A stretch of DNA of 44,846 bases, the filler included, from Catajapyx aquilonaris (lineage: Eukaryota), in the NCBI GenBank assembly GCA_000934665.2. It is 2 parts of 2 records of this genome, joined end to end, with 100 filler letters (N's around TTAATTAATTAA, not from the genome) between each part and the next. Parts side by side here need not be neighbours in the genome. Positions count along the whole stretch, not along the records: positions 1 to 22,343 come from JYFJ02005877.1; 1 more part is not named here. One strand, written 5' to 3'. Both the position numbers and the translations under genes were made by a program. The first letter of the stretch is position 1; each line of letters begins with the position of its first letter. Below, one piece after another: positions 1 to 10,546 of the stretch. The notes beneath the pieces were generated by a model that searched no databases, was not told the DNA's origin, and worked only from the letters and a program-made list of their open reading frames with translations.

Positions 1-62
1 GATATCTCCTACCCTTCCATGTTCCATCCATATCCTCCTCCCACACAGCCCTTGCATGACAA

Positions 63-210
63 CAAGGGGGTAATCACTCGACTGAAAAGTGTACACTGGA
101 GTACCAAATTCAAGGAGTACCAAGGAGTAATAAAGAGTGAGGTACCTGAGGAGTACCTGGGAGTACCACTCGCAGGTGTACACCGTAGTACCGAAGTGGT
201 TACCCCCTTG
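63..210. mobile_element. Short MITE with CAAGGGGGTAA terminal inverted repeats (P-superfamily-like termini) and internal GGAGTACC microrepeats
   Basis: Starts CAAGGGGGTAATCAC and ends GTGGTTACCCCCTTG. Interior has 4 GGAGTACC copies plus variants. The TIR matches the element at 8887-9017. Confidence 0.65.
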
Positions 211-1019
211 ATATACAAGGTGCAATATGGTCTGCACAACCTAGTTACTGAGATAACAACTAAGATCCTTTCATGGCATAGTATAGCCTTTTTGCCTAGT
301 GCAGCAGTCTCTTGGTATTATTTTATGCACTCTTTTCTGATAATTTACTATACGTTCCATTCTCAAAACACAACCTAGAGACAACACTGCACTTGCACTT
401 CGTAGCGATGTATAGCTTACTAAGTTATCAACTTATCACACCATTGCTGTTGCTGTCCGTTCATGACTTGACACGACTTGACATCTCCAATGATCCTGCA
501 CCAAATCCCTGCCACCTACCAGCCCTAGAGACAAAAGTGGTAGTTAGCGCATTTAATACTAATAATAAGCAAAAACTTCACCAGTTTCAGCAAGTAGGAT
601 GTGAAGGGATCCATGTCTCTGCTGCCTCCACATTTTTGGCTGCGTCTAAATACTCCACCTTCCAAGTCACCAATGAATAAGCAGAATATGCCACTGATAA
701 CCAATCGCGGCAGAGAATGAGTGACATGCGCCAAGGCGTCCTGACATTGGATAGTGTAAACCTGTGAGGAGACCGGCAGCGTGCAGATGGCGGGGTAGGT
801 CCGCCGCTGGGTGACTCACAAGTCAGTCGGAGNTCGTTTCTGCGGTTGATAAGATCCAACCACGGAGACCTGCATTTCTTGAGCGAGGAGGTTCGTGTAG
901 ACTGACCAGAGTCCACGAACCGTCCAAGGCAACGAGTTTTGGGCGACAGGAACAGGTAGGGTACCTGCAGGTTCAGGAGATTTATTTGACACAACTTCAT
1001 GCCGTCTGTAGCCAACAAC

Positions 1020-4000
1020 ATGACATTCAACATGAGTTTTGGGGTGGAGCCCATCACCTGCCATGCATGGAACAAGGATAGGACTCGTGAGTACTTGGGT
1101 GTAATTGCAATTTGGATGGAGCTTATTGTCGGTTTTTGGATAGAAATTGCGTTGTCTCCAAATACTGCCGCTGTGCACATCTATAAGCAGCATGCTGGTG
1201 ACTGGAAGCCACTTGATGTTCTGAGCGAGCATGATCTGCGTGTCACAGGAATTGACTGGGCTCCAAACACCAACCGAATTGTGACATGTGCTGCTGTAAG
1301 GCTTTTGTACTAAGGTGAAAGTGTTGAGAGGTCTAAGGTTTTTTTGTGATGCAGGATCGCAATGCATATGTCTGGAGCCAGGGAGAAGATGGGAAATGGA
1401 AGCCAACTCTAGTTCTGTTGCGCATAAACCGTGCTGCCACTTGCGTCAAATGGTCCCCATTGGGTAAGTTTATTGCTGAGCTACCTGTAGATTCTACTTT
1501 TGATGTGAAATTTTCCAGAGAATAAGTTTGCTGTGGGATCAGGAGCACGCCTCATTTCTATTTGCTACTTTGAGAAAGAAAATGACTGGTGGGTCTCCAA
1601 GCACATAAAAAAACCAATCAGATCCACAGTTACATCCATTGACTGGCACCCCAACAATGTGCTGATTGCTGCTGGGTCGACAGATTTTAAGGTTGGTTTT
1701 CCTGGTCTGAATGTCAGCAAGTAAGTCCCAAGTTTATTTCCTCCAACAGGTACGTGTATTCTCGGCATTCATCAAAGAGATTGATGAAAAGCCTGCTCCC
1801 ACGCCTTGGGGCAGTAAGATGACCCTTGCTCAAATGATGGCTGAATTTTCCAATTCCAGTGGTGGAGGCAAGTCATTTACTCTATTTAAGGATTGTTTGG
1901 AATGTCACGCCTAAATTTGGTTTTATTACAGGTGGCTGGGTACATTGTGTGAGCTTCTCGGCCAGTGGGGACCGACTGGCTTGGGTGGGCCATGACTCGT
2001 CTGTGTCAGTGGTGGATGCTGTCAAAGGCCATCATGCATTGACTACTTTACATACAGAGTTCCTGCCTTTCCTCAGTTGTGTTTGGGTCACTAACAACTC
2101 CATTGTCACTGCGGTAAGGTTTCAGTTGATGTTTTTATCACGTTCAGTAATACATGTACGATGCTTGGGGGTCTCATGCCTTCCGTTATATATTTTTTTC
2201 TCGTATGCATTAAGCTTTTCCCTGTTAAGAATTTCCCTATCTTCAATTTTAAACCCTGCATCTTAAAGCAGCAAATTAATTTAGGACAGAAGGGAAAAAT
2301 TGAAAATAGAGAATTAGCAAGAAGGATGGATTTTTTCGCTGATTCTGACAAATAAATAAAACATTTTAATATTTGGAATTTCCAAGAAAATCTAAGGCAG
2401 ACAACTTTTGCTGTAATTAGGATGTTCCATTGGTATTAATTACAATGCTTTTAATGCTGACACCCTCATATGCATAAACTTGTGTTGTCTCTGTTCCTAA
2501 GTTGAATGGCACATTCTGAGATGAAACTTTGAAAAATAAATATTCTTCGTGGACAACCCATTATATGGTGTTTAGTGGCACACTTGAATCAGTCAATTTT
2601 GGATGATGTGTACATCCCATCCTGCCCAATCCAGCCAATGTTATATGTATTCACTCTTTTCATTGTCATTGCCAGATTTTTCATCCTGCCTTCTCCCATG
2701 CCATCCCACACCAGCTACCTGTGCACATGGAACCACATATCCTTTCTTCTCCTTGCTAAATAGCATAATGGTAAGTGACTACTATGATGCTTACCATGTC
2801 TGTTAACAAGTTTGTCCTGTTATTTTCCCTCTTACTGGTTAGGTGGAAATCATTTGTAATGGAGTGTGTGTTGATAGTGCACATCATGATTGATTAGATG
2901 GTGTTCTCTGATACACCTGGCTGCGATAAAAAGTTGAACTATTTTGCCCTTGCTCTGGTGGTGATCCAGTACCTGAAATGCCACAATGCCTGTTCCTTCC
3001 TTTAACAGCAACCACCACTTGTGGTTTAGGGATCCTGGGGTACGTGAGATGCACAACAATGCAGCAGGGAGTGATCTTGATTTTCATAGTTGTTTAAAGT
3101 CAATTGCTGCTGTTAGACCATACATGCAGGCAAATATTGTTGTTGCATCTTAAATGAGCAGAATTGCTCTGCAAAAATTTTCTGTAATAGACAAGTTCCC
3201 ACTTGATTGGACCATACTCAAGGTGCGTTTACATGCGAGCGATAACATCGCTGAGTAACCCGAGTAACCAGTATTGTTGGAGGCGAAAGTCGATTGTTAG
3301 TTTGTTACTTTCACCTCAAACAATATTGGTTACTTCGCTCGTCAAATCGCTCACATGTAAATGCCACTTAAATGAGAAAGAAAAAAATTAACATCTCAGA
3401 ATCTGTGCTTACACTTTTCAAAAATCAAATTAGTGGAACATGCCCTCATGTTTTTGCTAGATATGGAGAATTTTTTTGTTCAAGCATTGCTGATGCCCAT
3501 TTTTTTGCCCTCTTCTGGTTCAGAGAATTTGTAACACAGGCTTGAATGCATAATTATTCCACTATTCACATGGTTATCCTTACTGAAGGACCTAAAAATG
3601 CTGTCCATTTCCACCATTAGACAGGTTCTGCTGTATCCACAAAAATGCAAGGGAAATCCTACCTCGCTGCCAGGACTGGAAATCTTGTTCCATGGTAGAC
3701 AAGTGTCTGCTATATCAAGGGTCCACTATAGACAAGTTTCACAGTAATTACCCCTTGACTTCCATGCAAGCTGTACAGATGCACGTAAAATACATGAGGT
3801 GGCTTGGAAAATAAGAAATGGAAGCTGTAAGAAAAAAATTACTTGAATTTTTTTGCAATACTCATATACCCTGGGCGCCTGTTCTTCTACACCATATGTA
3901 ATCTGATTCGTAATTATGAATTGGTCATTTATCAGTTGCCATCTGACTCCTGAATAAAAAACTGGATGCGATTATTTTTCACAACTTGTACATACTTATG

Positions 4001-4432
4001 GAAATGTTCTTGCAGTTTCAAGCCTCAATCTTTGACTTTTCATTGATCAGGGTCATGGATGTTGTCCAATGCTGTTCAGCCTAGATGATGCCGGAAAGTT
4101 GTACTTCGTGGCCAAACTTGACATAACACAGAAGAAAGAAGCTGCTGGTCTGAGTGCCATGAGGAAATTCCAAAGCTTGGATCGCCAGGCCCGCATTGAA
4201 GTGTCAGACACAGTGCTGGAGTCCATCCATCAGAATGCTATCACATGTGTTAGCTTGCACTCAGGAACCAAAGCAGGAGCATCATCTTTCAGCACGAGTG
4301 GTAGTGATGGCCAACTGATTGTTTGGGATTTCAAGGTAGGCCTATGCCACCAATGAGTGCATTGTTATGCTCAATAATTATTCTTATTTTCAGAGCTTGG
4401 AAGCAGCCATACAGGGATTGAAAGTGGCATAA
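1020..4432 (+). CDS. ARPC1: Actin-related protein 2/3 complex subunit 1 (p41-ARC, WD40 repeat)
   Basis: Exons 1020-1086, 1144-1295, 1355-1463, 1519-1691, 1750-1867, 1932-2113, 4051-4335, 4394-4432. They join in frame to give [70 protein letters not shown] and [13 protein letters not shown], which are ARPC1/Sop2 hallmark motifs. The start could instead be the ATG at 1032. Confidence 0.96.
3221..3368. mobile_element. Palindromic MITE, PIF/Harbinger-like, in ARPC1 intron 6
   Basis: AGGTGCGTTTACATGCGAGCGAT pairs with ATCGCTCACATGTAAATGCCACT. Inner arms GAGTAACCAGTATTGTT and AACAATATTGGTTACTT also pair. Confidence 0.65.
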
Positions 4433-4626
4433 ATTGCTCATTGTTATTCCACCTACCATAGCTGGATGGATTTGACTGCCGATCAACATTCCAGTGGTAG
4501 TAGTAATTATTGAGGGAATTAATTGAGCCAAGTAATATTGTTTCCTGGAATTAAGGTGAGACTAAATAGCAACATTCAGGTGCAAGTTTGTGCATATACA
4601 GCAGTTTGCAATCATGTATGATTTCT

Positions 4627-4632
4627 AATAAA
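4627..4632 (+). terminator. Putative ARPC1 polyadenylation signal
   Basis: AATAAA about 195 nt after the stop codon, followed by T/GT-rich sequence. Confidence 0.55.
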
Positions 4633-4679
4633 CTTTATTGTACTTGCAAGTTGTCTGGCAATATTTTTTAATGGGGTCA

Positions 4680-4809
4680 GGTACACGGCAGGACACAACA
4701 GCAGTCCCTTAAGAAATTTTCTGGCGTGAGCAGCGCGAGTGGAGATCGCCACTGACTTGGCTCATGGCAGAAAATTTCTAAGGGACTGCTACATGTCCAG
4801 CTGTGTGCC
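4680..4809. mobile_element. Hairpin MITE, Harbinger-like
   Basis: AGCAGTCCCTTAAGAAATTTTCTG pairs with CAGAAAATTTCTAAGGGACTGCT. Outer GGTACACGGCAGGACA pairs imperfectly with TGTCCAGCTGTGTGCC. Confidence 0.65.
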
Positions 4810-5257
4810 AAGGCTTCCTGCCACTATTCAATTGCACAGGTATATACAGGAATACACCATTAATATGGTGGGTTCAGTTCCATGCTACCCCCATGAAGCG
4901 AATCACTGGCTTTTTTCACTTGCTACTGCACAGAAAAGTCTTAAAACATGTTGACATTATTGTATGAAGTAAGCAGGAGTACTAGGCCAAGAAAAGCTGT
5001 AAAAGTAAAAATAATACATTGATAAAGCTTACATAAGAATGTCCTGCAATAGCAAGGCAAGTGCCAAAAATAAATATAATTGAAAAGTACTATAAAGTGA
5101 AGCACCATGAAGTCAGATATTCCTGTACTGATTCGATCATGATGCATTGGACCTCATCATCTGCTCCAGCATTAACCACTTCAGCCCCAGCTACCCAGAA
5201 TCTAGGCAATGAGAACTCAACAGTGCAGTACCAGCTATACCAGCCATCACCTAGTTT

Positions 5258-5880
5258 TACGCTTACACATGCGCTGAAGATACGAGCAAGATATTTTACA
5301 AACAATAACAGCTATACATACCGATCATGGAAAACCTTATGAATGTGTTCGAAACAATTTTACTCCCATAGAAGTCCCTAAATTAATTTCCAAAAATACC
5401 ACTGTACAAAGTCAAAATTCGAGTACTGCCAGCCAACTGTTAGGCTGATTTAATTATGAAACACATTAAAATATACGGAATAACAATTTTGAGAAGGGTA
5501 CCAATAATAAATGAATTTGCTGAAATCGTCGTACTTTTTGAGAAAGAAGTAAATTTGGGAGTAATCCAAAATGGCAGGTCACAGAAAAGTATCAATATAT
5601 TTCTCGGAAAGCACAACGATTTCAACAAAGTGTTCTGGCATGGTTCTCAATATTGTTATTCCGTATATTTTAACATATTTCATAATTAAATCAGCCTAAC
5701 AGCTGGCCTGTAGAACTTGGATTTTCATCTTTCACAGCGATCTTTTTGGAAATTAATTTACGGACTTATAGCCAAGGAAAATTGTTTCCAATACATATGT
5801 TGTGTTTGGCATGAATGGGTAAGTATAGCTGTTACTATTTGCAAAATATCTTGCCCTTACTTTCAGAGTACTTGCAAGTT
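5258..5880. mobile_element. Foldback element of the same family as 9805-10546, termini eroded
   Basis: GCAAGATATTTTACAAACAATAACAGCTATAC pairs with GTATAGCTGTTACTATTTGCAAAATATCTTGC. CTGTTAGGCTGATTTAATTATGAAA pairs with TTTCATAATTAAATCAGCCTAACAG. The same segments occur in 9805-10546. Confidence 0.8.
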
Positions 5881-5885
5881 GAACG

Positions 5886-6425
5886 CCGCAGCCTTCCACC
5901 TCTAAGGTCCCGAGTTCGATCCCCGGGTCGGACAGAGGATACTTAATATAATTTGTACCCCGTGCTAGAGCCATGGGCCCTCTTAGGGGGGTGGGATACC
6001 ACCATAGGTATTTTTTTATCTGGAACTCTTACTTTCGTTTTTACTTCTCTTATATGGGGATGGGATAGGGACGGAAGGAAGCGGCTGTGGCCTATAATTA
6101 CGGACACGACCCCGGAATTTTCCTGGTGAGACCATGGGAAACCACAGAAAGCCACGGTCAGGGTCGGCGGCCCCCGGGATTCGAACCCAGGACCTCCCGA
6201 TTAGCAGTCGGATACCATATCCCCTCCGCTACCACTGCTTCGGTGACAGAGGATACTTATGTGGATAGAGTTTCGATGGGTTCTCTCCGTGTTCGCGTGG
6301 GTTCTCCCGTTTCCTCCCACTATCAAAATCCATCACATTACAGGCAAATGATTAAAGTCGGGTATTCAAAAGATGATCCCCTAAGAGGCCCAAGGGGCCT
6401 ATCACGGGGTATCCATTATTATTAC
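5886..6425 (+). mobile_element. tRNA-derived SINE family A, interrupted by a family B insertion
   Basis: B-box GAGTTCGATCCCC at about 5912. Central GGGTTCTCCCGTTTCCTCCCAC resembles the V-SINE-type domain. Tail is CCCCTAAGAGGCCCAAGGGGCCTATCACGGGGTA plus (ATT)n. A second copy lies at 31458-31654. Confidence 0.8.
5946..6244 (-). mobile_element. tRNA-derived SINE family B, full length, with 15-bp target-site duplication
   Basis: GACAGAGGATACTTA is repeated at 5931-5945 and 6245-6259. Reverse strand starts ACCGAAGCAGTGGTAGC, has B-box GGTTCGAATCCC and central AGGCCACAGCCGCTTCCTTCC. Confidence 0.88.
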
Positions 6426-6692
6426 TGCCTGTCTCTGAAAAACCCACTTTCACTGAGGTTAGGTCTGGTTTCAGTTAACTTAACATGCCACCTACATCTC
6501 TCTAAATGAAAATCTTTAGCATCAGCCATATCCATAGCCTCTTGGGAATGATGCAAACCAAGTATTACGATTATACACACACTATTATGATTATACACAC
6601 TACACACACTATTACATTACAGATCCTCACCTGGTCTAGCCATGCAATCCTAGGCTACCATCACCCTTCTTTCCAACAGTTCCAGCTGACTA

Positions 6693-6872
6693 ACCGAAGC
6701 AGGTTGGCATGGTGGATAAGGCGTGCGACTGGCTAATCGGGAGGTCCTGGGTTCGAATCCCGGGGCCGATGATCCTGACCGTGGTTTTCTGTGGTTTTCC
6801 ACCGTCTTCCTAGGATAATTCCGGGATCGCTTCCGTATAATAGGCCACAGCCGCTTCCTTCCTTCCCTATCC
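6693..6872 (+). mobile_element. tRNA-derived SINE family B, 3'-truncated copy
   Basis: ACCGAAGCAG...GCTAATCGGGAGGTCCTGGGTTCGAATCCCGGGG...TAGGCCACAGCCGCTTCCTTCC is collinear with the reverse complement of 5946-6244. Confidence 0.85.
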
Positions 6873-6913
6873 TTGGAGGTTGAAGAGGCAATGCCAGGCC
6901 AACCTCCCTAATA

Positions 6914-7140
6914 TCAATTATAAAGTAGTTCCAGCTTCCAGCTGACTATGCCATCTTCACAGTCTCCTTCTCCTGCATCCTCTGCACATCTTATCCTAAC
7001 CATCTCACCAGCACATCTCTGCAAAATCTCATTCCTACACTTAAAACATGAAGGATGCATTTTAAAAAGATACATTTTTAAAAGTCTCATTTCAATTGCT
7101 GACACATTTCCAGATTTTTCCTTCTTTATTGCATGGCCTG
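6914..7140 (-). mobile_element. Degraded RTE-clade LINE fragment (post-RT region)
   Basis: Translation SAIEMRLLK...CRNEILQR resembles the RTE AxEMRxLR...RNExIR motif. Motif recall only. Confidence 0.4.
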
Positions 7141-7217
7141 AATTTTAAAAAACACATAGTAGAATGGCTGATTTGACATCACAAAATATCACTGACAAGC
7201 CAACATGCCGACATTTT

Positions 7218-8548
7218 TTAAGATACTTTGAAATTTGGTGTCCATGGACCTAGGCTGTCTTTGGCATAAAAGTCCATTGGATACTCACTGCTGTCCCACT
7301 CTGCCTCTTTTAAAGCTACTGCTGCCTCATAGGGAGTGAGAAGTGGCTGGGAAAAAGCATTTCCCCAATCTATGGAAAGACGTGGGCATGCAACTTGGAC
7401 CCAGGCTTTCACACTGGTGAACAAGCTCAGCTTGCTTGGAAAGATTTCCGACATGAGGACAGTCACATAAGAACGATTCATTTCCTTAAGCCTTTCCTAA
7501 AAAAAATGGCATGGTGTTACTCTCTGTAATGGCTAAGAATCATTGAAATAATTCCCAATACATCTTATTTCACTTACCTGTAAGTGCTTTACCACACGTG
7601 GGCTGCCTTGCCGTCCCAAAGTTCCCATAATAATTCCGAACTCGCCTGCCAACTGTGCCTTATTAATTGAATCTTTTCTCATCACATTCATTAGTTTGTG
7701 ATCATAAAATTCTTCTGTCAGATGCTGGTTGTAAGGATCATACCTGTGGAAAAAGATAAGAGTTAATCCTTGTTTAACACTTGTTACCACCTTGGCACGC
7801 ACCGAAAGGCTTGGACTGATGGATTGGCAATCATGATGGACTCAAGATGAAATCTGCCATCCCCTAGATATATGATGGTGTCTGTGTCTGTTAGCTTTGG
7901 AGCAGTACATCCAAGTATCTCACCGGGTGACAGAGGTTTAATTTGTGGCACTTTCACAACCCATCCCTTCTCCTTCAAAGCATTAGCAGCTGCCTGCAGA
8001 GATGTTGCGAACTGAATAGTGCTGACTAAAGCTAAGCGAGATTTGGCATCAAAGTTATGTTCGACCGATTCCACAAATTTTTTAATGGAAATGCTGATGT
8101 CCACAAAAATGTAAAGCATCTTAATTCCTGAAGTGGTATCAACAGGAACTAAACAACTGTGGCCGTAATGAACCAAGAGATCACACTGAAGGGCACGCGC
8201 AGTGAAGTCATCCACACAACAGGCACCATATGTCACATCTCCCATGATCACAGTATCAGCTTCAGTAAATGAAGTAATTATGTCCGAAATGGTGGTTGCA
8301 AAGAGCAAGAGTCCCTCTGGTAACTGCAGGCCCACTCGCCTGGCACCAAGTTCACGTATCCGCCAAATTGTCTTGGGTATCTCAAAATTGTAATTTGCTG
8401 GGAGAACTCGAATGGCATCAATAATTTGTGGGTCAACAGCAATGTTAGCTGGGATGCGGTTCAGAGCTTTTTTAGTCACACCAGCAGGAGGACGAGACAC
8501 TTTACGTGTACTTTTTGCAGCTATGACTATGGCTTGTTCTTCCAACAT
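7218..8548 (-). CDS. DPH1: 2-(3-amino-3-carboxypropyl)histidine synthase subunit 1 (diphthamide biosynthesis), about 396 aa
   Basis: Exons 8548-7803, 7743-7578, 7496-7218 with GT-AG introns. Motifs [63 protein letters not shown] and [14 protein letters not shown] include the three Fe-S cysteine motifs. An acceptor at about 8570 implies an upstream exon. Confidence 0.96.
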
Positions 8549-8886
8549 GTTGGAGCTTCCTTGTGAATCCTGTATCAGTGATGCACTGTAAAATAATAAC
8601 AACACAACATCACACAAATTCATGGTAGGCATACTGCTTGTGACCTAACTGTATATTGATTTAATACATTTTCAATCAGTATTATTACAGTAAAACCTGT
8701 CCATGTTGGACACTGACGGTTCCAAGAAAATTGTCCAACATAGGGAGGTGTCCAACATATTAGGATTTCAATCTCTCGGGCTTCATAGTGCAGCACAGTA
8801 ATGTAAGAGTAAGTAATGCACCGTAATCAACTTCAATGCACGTTTTCTTATTTTCGGTACAGTACAGTACAGTGTACTATACTATA

Positions 8887-9017
8887 CAAGGGGTAAATCA
8901 CTTGTCAAGTCCGTTGTATGGTAGGCGCCAAGTCTGAACAAGTCTGGGCTCAAGTCCGCCAAGTCCGACTCTTTGCAAGTCCGTTGTACGCTCAACAACT
9001 GAGTGATTTACCCCTTG
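8887..9017. mobile_element. P-superfamily-like MITE with CAAGTC microrepeats
   Basis: TIR CAAGGGGTAAATCACT...AGTGATTTACCCCTTG. Flanks ATACTATA and GTACTATA match at 7 of 8 positions (likely TSD). Six CAAGTC units inside. Confidence 0.75.
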
Positions 9018-9163
9018 GTACTATATCACTCAAAATGATGGAGACACGTTTGCATTTGGGTTCAGTGAAAAATTGTCTCATCTTTTTGAGCGATATAGTA
9101 CATGCAATTTCTGAAACTGGCCTACTTTTTGGTTCATAAATTGGTAACAAGTGACTCGTTTAA

Positions 9164-9424
9164 CCCTGGAACCGTGACGTGCCTGAAACCGTGCCATGGG
9201 ATCTTTTAGGACCCCATCCATATTTTAATTTTTATACAATACTTTTCAGTGTATTGACTACATGCAATCATTCTTTGAACAATGCCTCAAATGATTGCTA
9301 ATTCAAAATAAATATGCACTTCCTGTTATAGACTTATTTAAATGGCAAAAGGTCATTGTAATTATCATTTTAATGCATTTTAATTTCTTTGGGGTCCTAA
9401 AAGACCCCACGTCACGGTTCCGCA
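9164..9424. mobile_element. piggyBac-like MITE
   Basis: TTAA|CCCTGGAACCGTGACGTG...CACGTCACGGTTCCGCA|TTAA, with subterminal GG(G/A)TC..GACCCC motifs. Confidence 0.7.
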
Positions 9425-9804
9425 TTAATCAGAGAAATTTCATTTTTCTTTGGCCAGCAAAAAATGTCATTAGTAAGGGTGGCATGACAAAACAGAGTTC
9501 TAATAGGGCATCCCAATGGGGTCACTCAAACCACATCACAACCAGGTTTTACAGCACATTCATCTTCTGAAGATTTAGTTTGCATATGCTGCAACACCTG
9601 CTTCAGCACCCCATCTTCATTGCCACCATATTCATCCTCCGTTTTCAGGATGTTGGCATACAGTTGGAAATGTTACTTGAAGACATGCAGGCAAGTTTCA
9701 CAAATTATGTATGCAGAGCTCAGCATGGCTCAAGTTTTAGAGAGAAAAAAACCAGAATACATGTAGAGTAAATGTGAAAATTGTACTGCACTTATCCAAC
9801 TTAA

Positions 9805-10546
9805 CCCCTTCGCTACGAGATAGGCCTGAACCACACAGATTTCGGCTCACATGTACTCTGAAGGTACGCACAAGATATTTTACAAATAATAACAGCTATA
9901 CTTACCTGTTCAGGGAAAAGGTTATGAAAAGCGTGAAAATATGTGGAATAACAACCTTGAGAACCATGCCAGAGTAATTTGCTGAAATCATTGTACTTTT
10001 CGAGAAATAAATTAATACTTATTTGCGGCTTTCTGGCACTTCGGAAAACTTCAATTTGAGTGTTTTTCGAAGTGCCAACATGCCGCAAATATGTATTAAT
10101 TTATTTTAATAATATTAATATTAATTTAATTAATAATTATTTGCGGCATTTGACACTTCGGAAAACTTCCGAATTGGAGTTTTCCGAAGTGCCAGAAAGC
10201 CGCAAATAAGTATTAATTAATTTCTCGAAACGTACGATGATTTCAGCAAATTACTCTAGCACCGTTCTCAAGGTTGTTATTCCACATATTTTCATGCTTT
10301 TCATAATTAAATCAGCCTAACAGTTGGTTAGCAGTACTCCAATTTCCAGTTTTTATAACCCTTTGATGGAAATGAATTCCGGGACTTCTAGACAAGTAAA
10401 ATTGTTCAAGACACATTCAGAACCTTTTCCCAGACCTGGTAAGTAGAGCTGTTATTATTTGTAAAATATCTTGTGCGTATCTTCGGAGTATGTGTAAGCC
10501 AAAATCTGTGTGATTCAGCGTTCAGGCCTATCTGGTAGTGAAGAGG
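9805..10546. mobile_element. piggyBac-like foldback MITE with very long inverted arms
   Basis: TTAA at 9801-9804 and 10547-10550. CCCCTTCGCTACGAGATAGGCCTGAA pairs with TTCAGGCCTATCTGGTAGTGAAGAGG. The arms pair to an AT-rich centre at about 10090-10140. Confidence 0.85.

Noticed and set aside
63..210. Repeat-spacer pattern resembling CRISPR (also at 8887-9017)
   Set aside because: Repeats are only 6-8 bp with irregular spacers, enclosed by TIRs in a eukaryotic context with no cas genes.
587..600. PTC-TGA as a possible selenocysteine codon
   Set aside because: There is no resemblance to a known selenoprotein family and I could not identify a SECIS element.
587..1406. 197-aa and 196-aa minus-strand ORFs
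   Set aside because: They are mostly antisense shadows of ARPC1 exons 1-3 with no recognisable domain.
2114..4050. snoRNA in the long ARPC1 intron
   Set aside because: I found no convincing C/D box pair with a terminal stem and no H/ACA layout by eye. An Infernal/Rfam scan would be needed to exclude it.
6170..6770. tRNA-like sequences with GGTTCGAATCCC
   Set aside because: Acceptor stems do not pair and each runs into a shared SINE body, so these are SINE heads and not tRNA genes.
8549..8632. N-terminal extension of the 282-aa DPH1 ORF (MPTMNLCDV...)
   Set aside because: It crosses a likely splice acceptor at about 8570 and looks intronic. The ATG at 8548 fits better.
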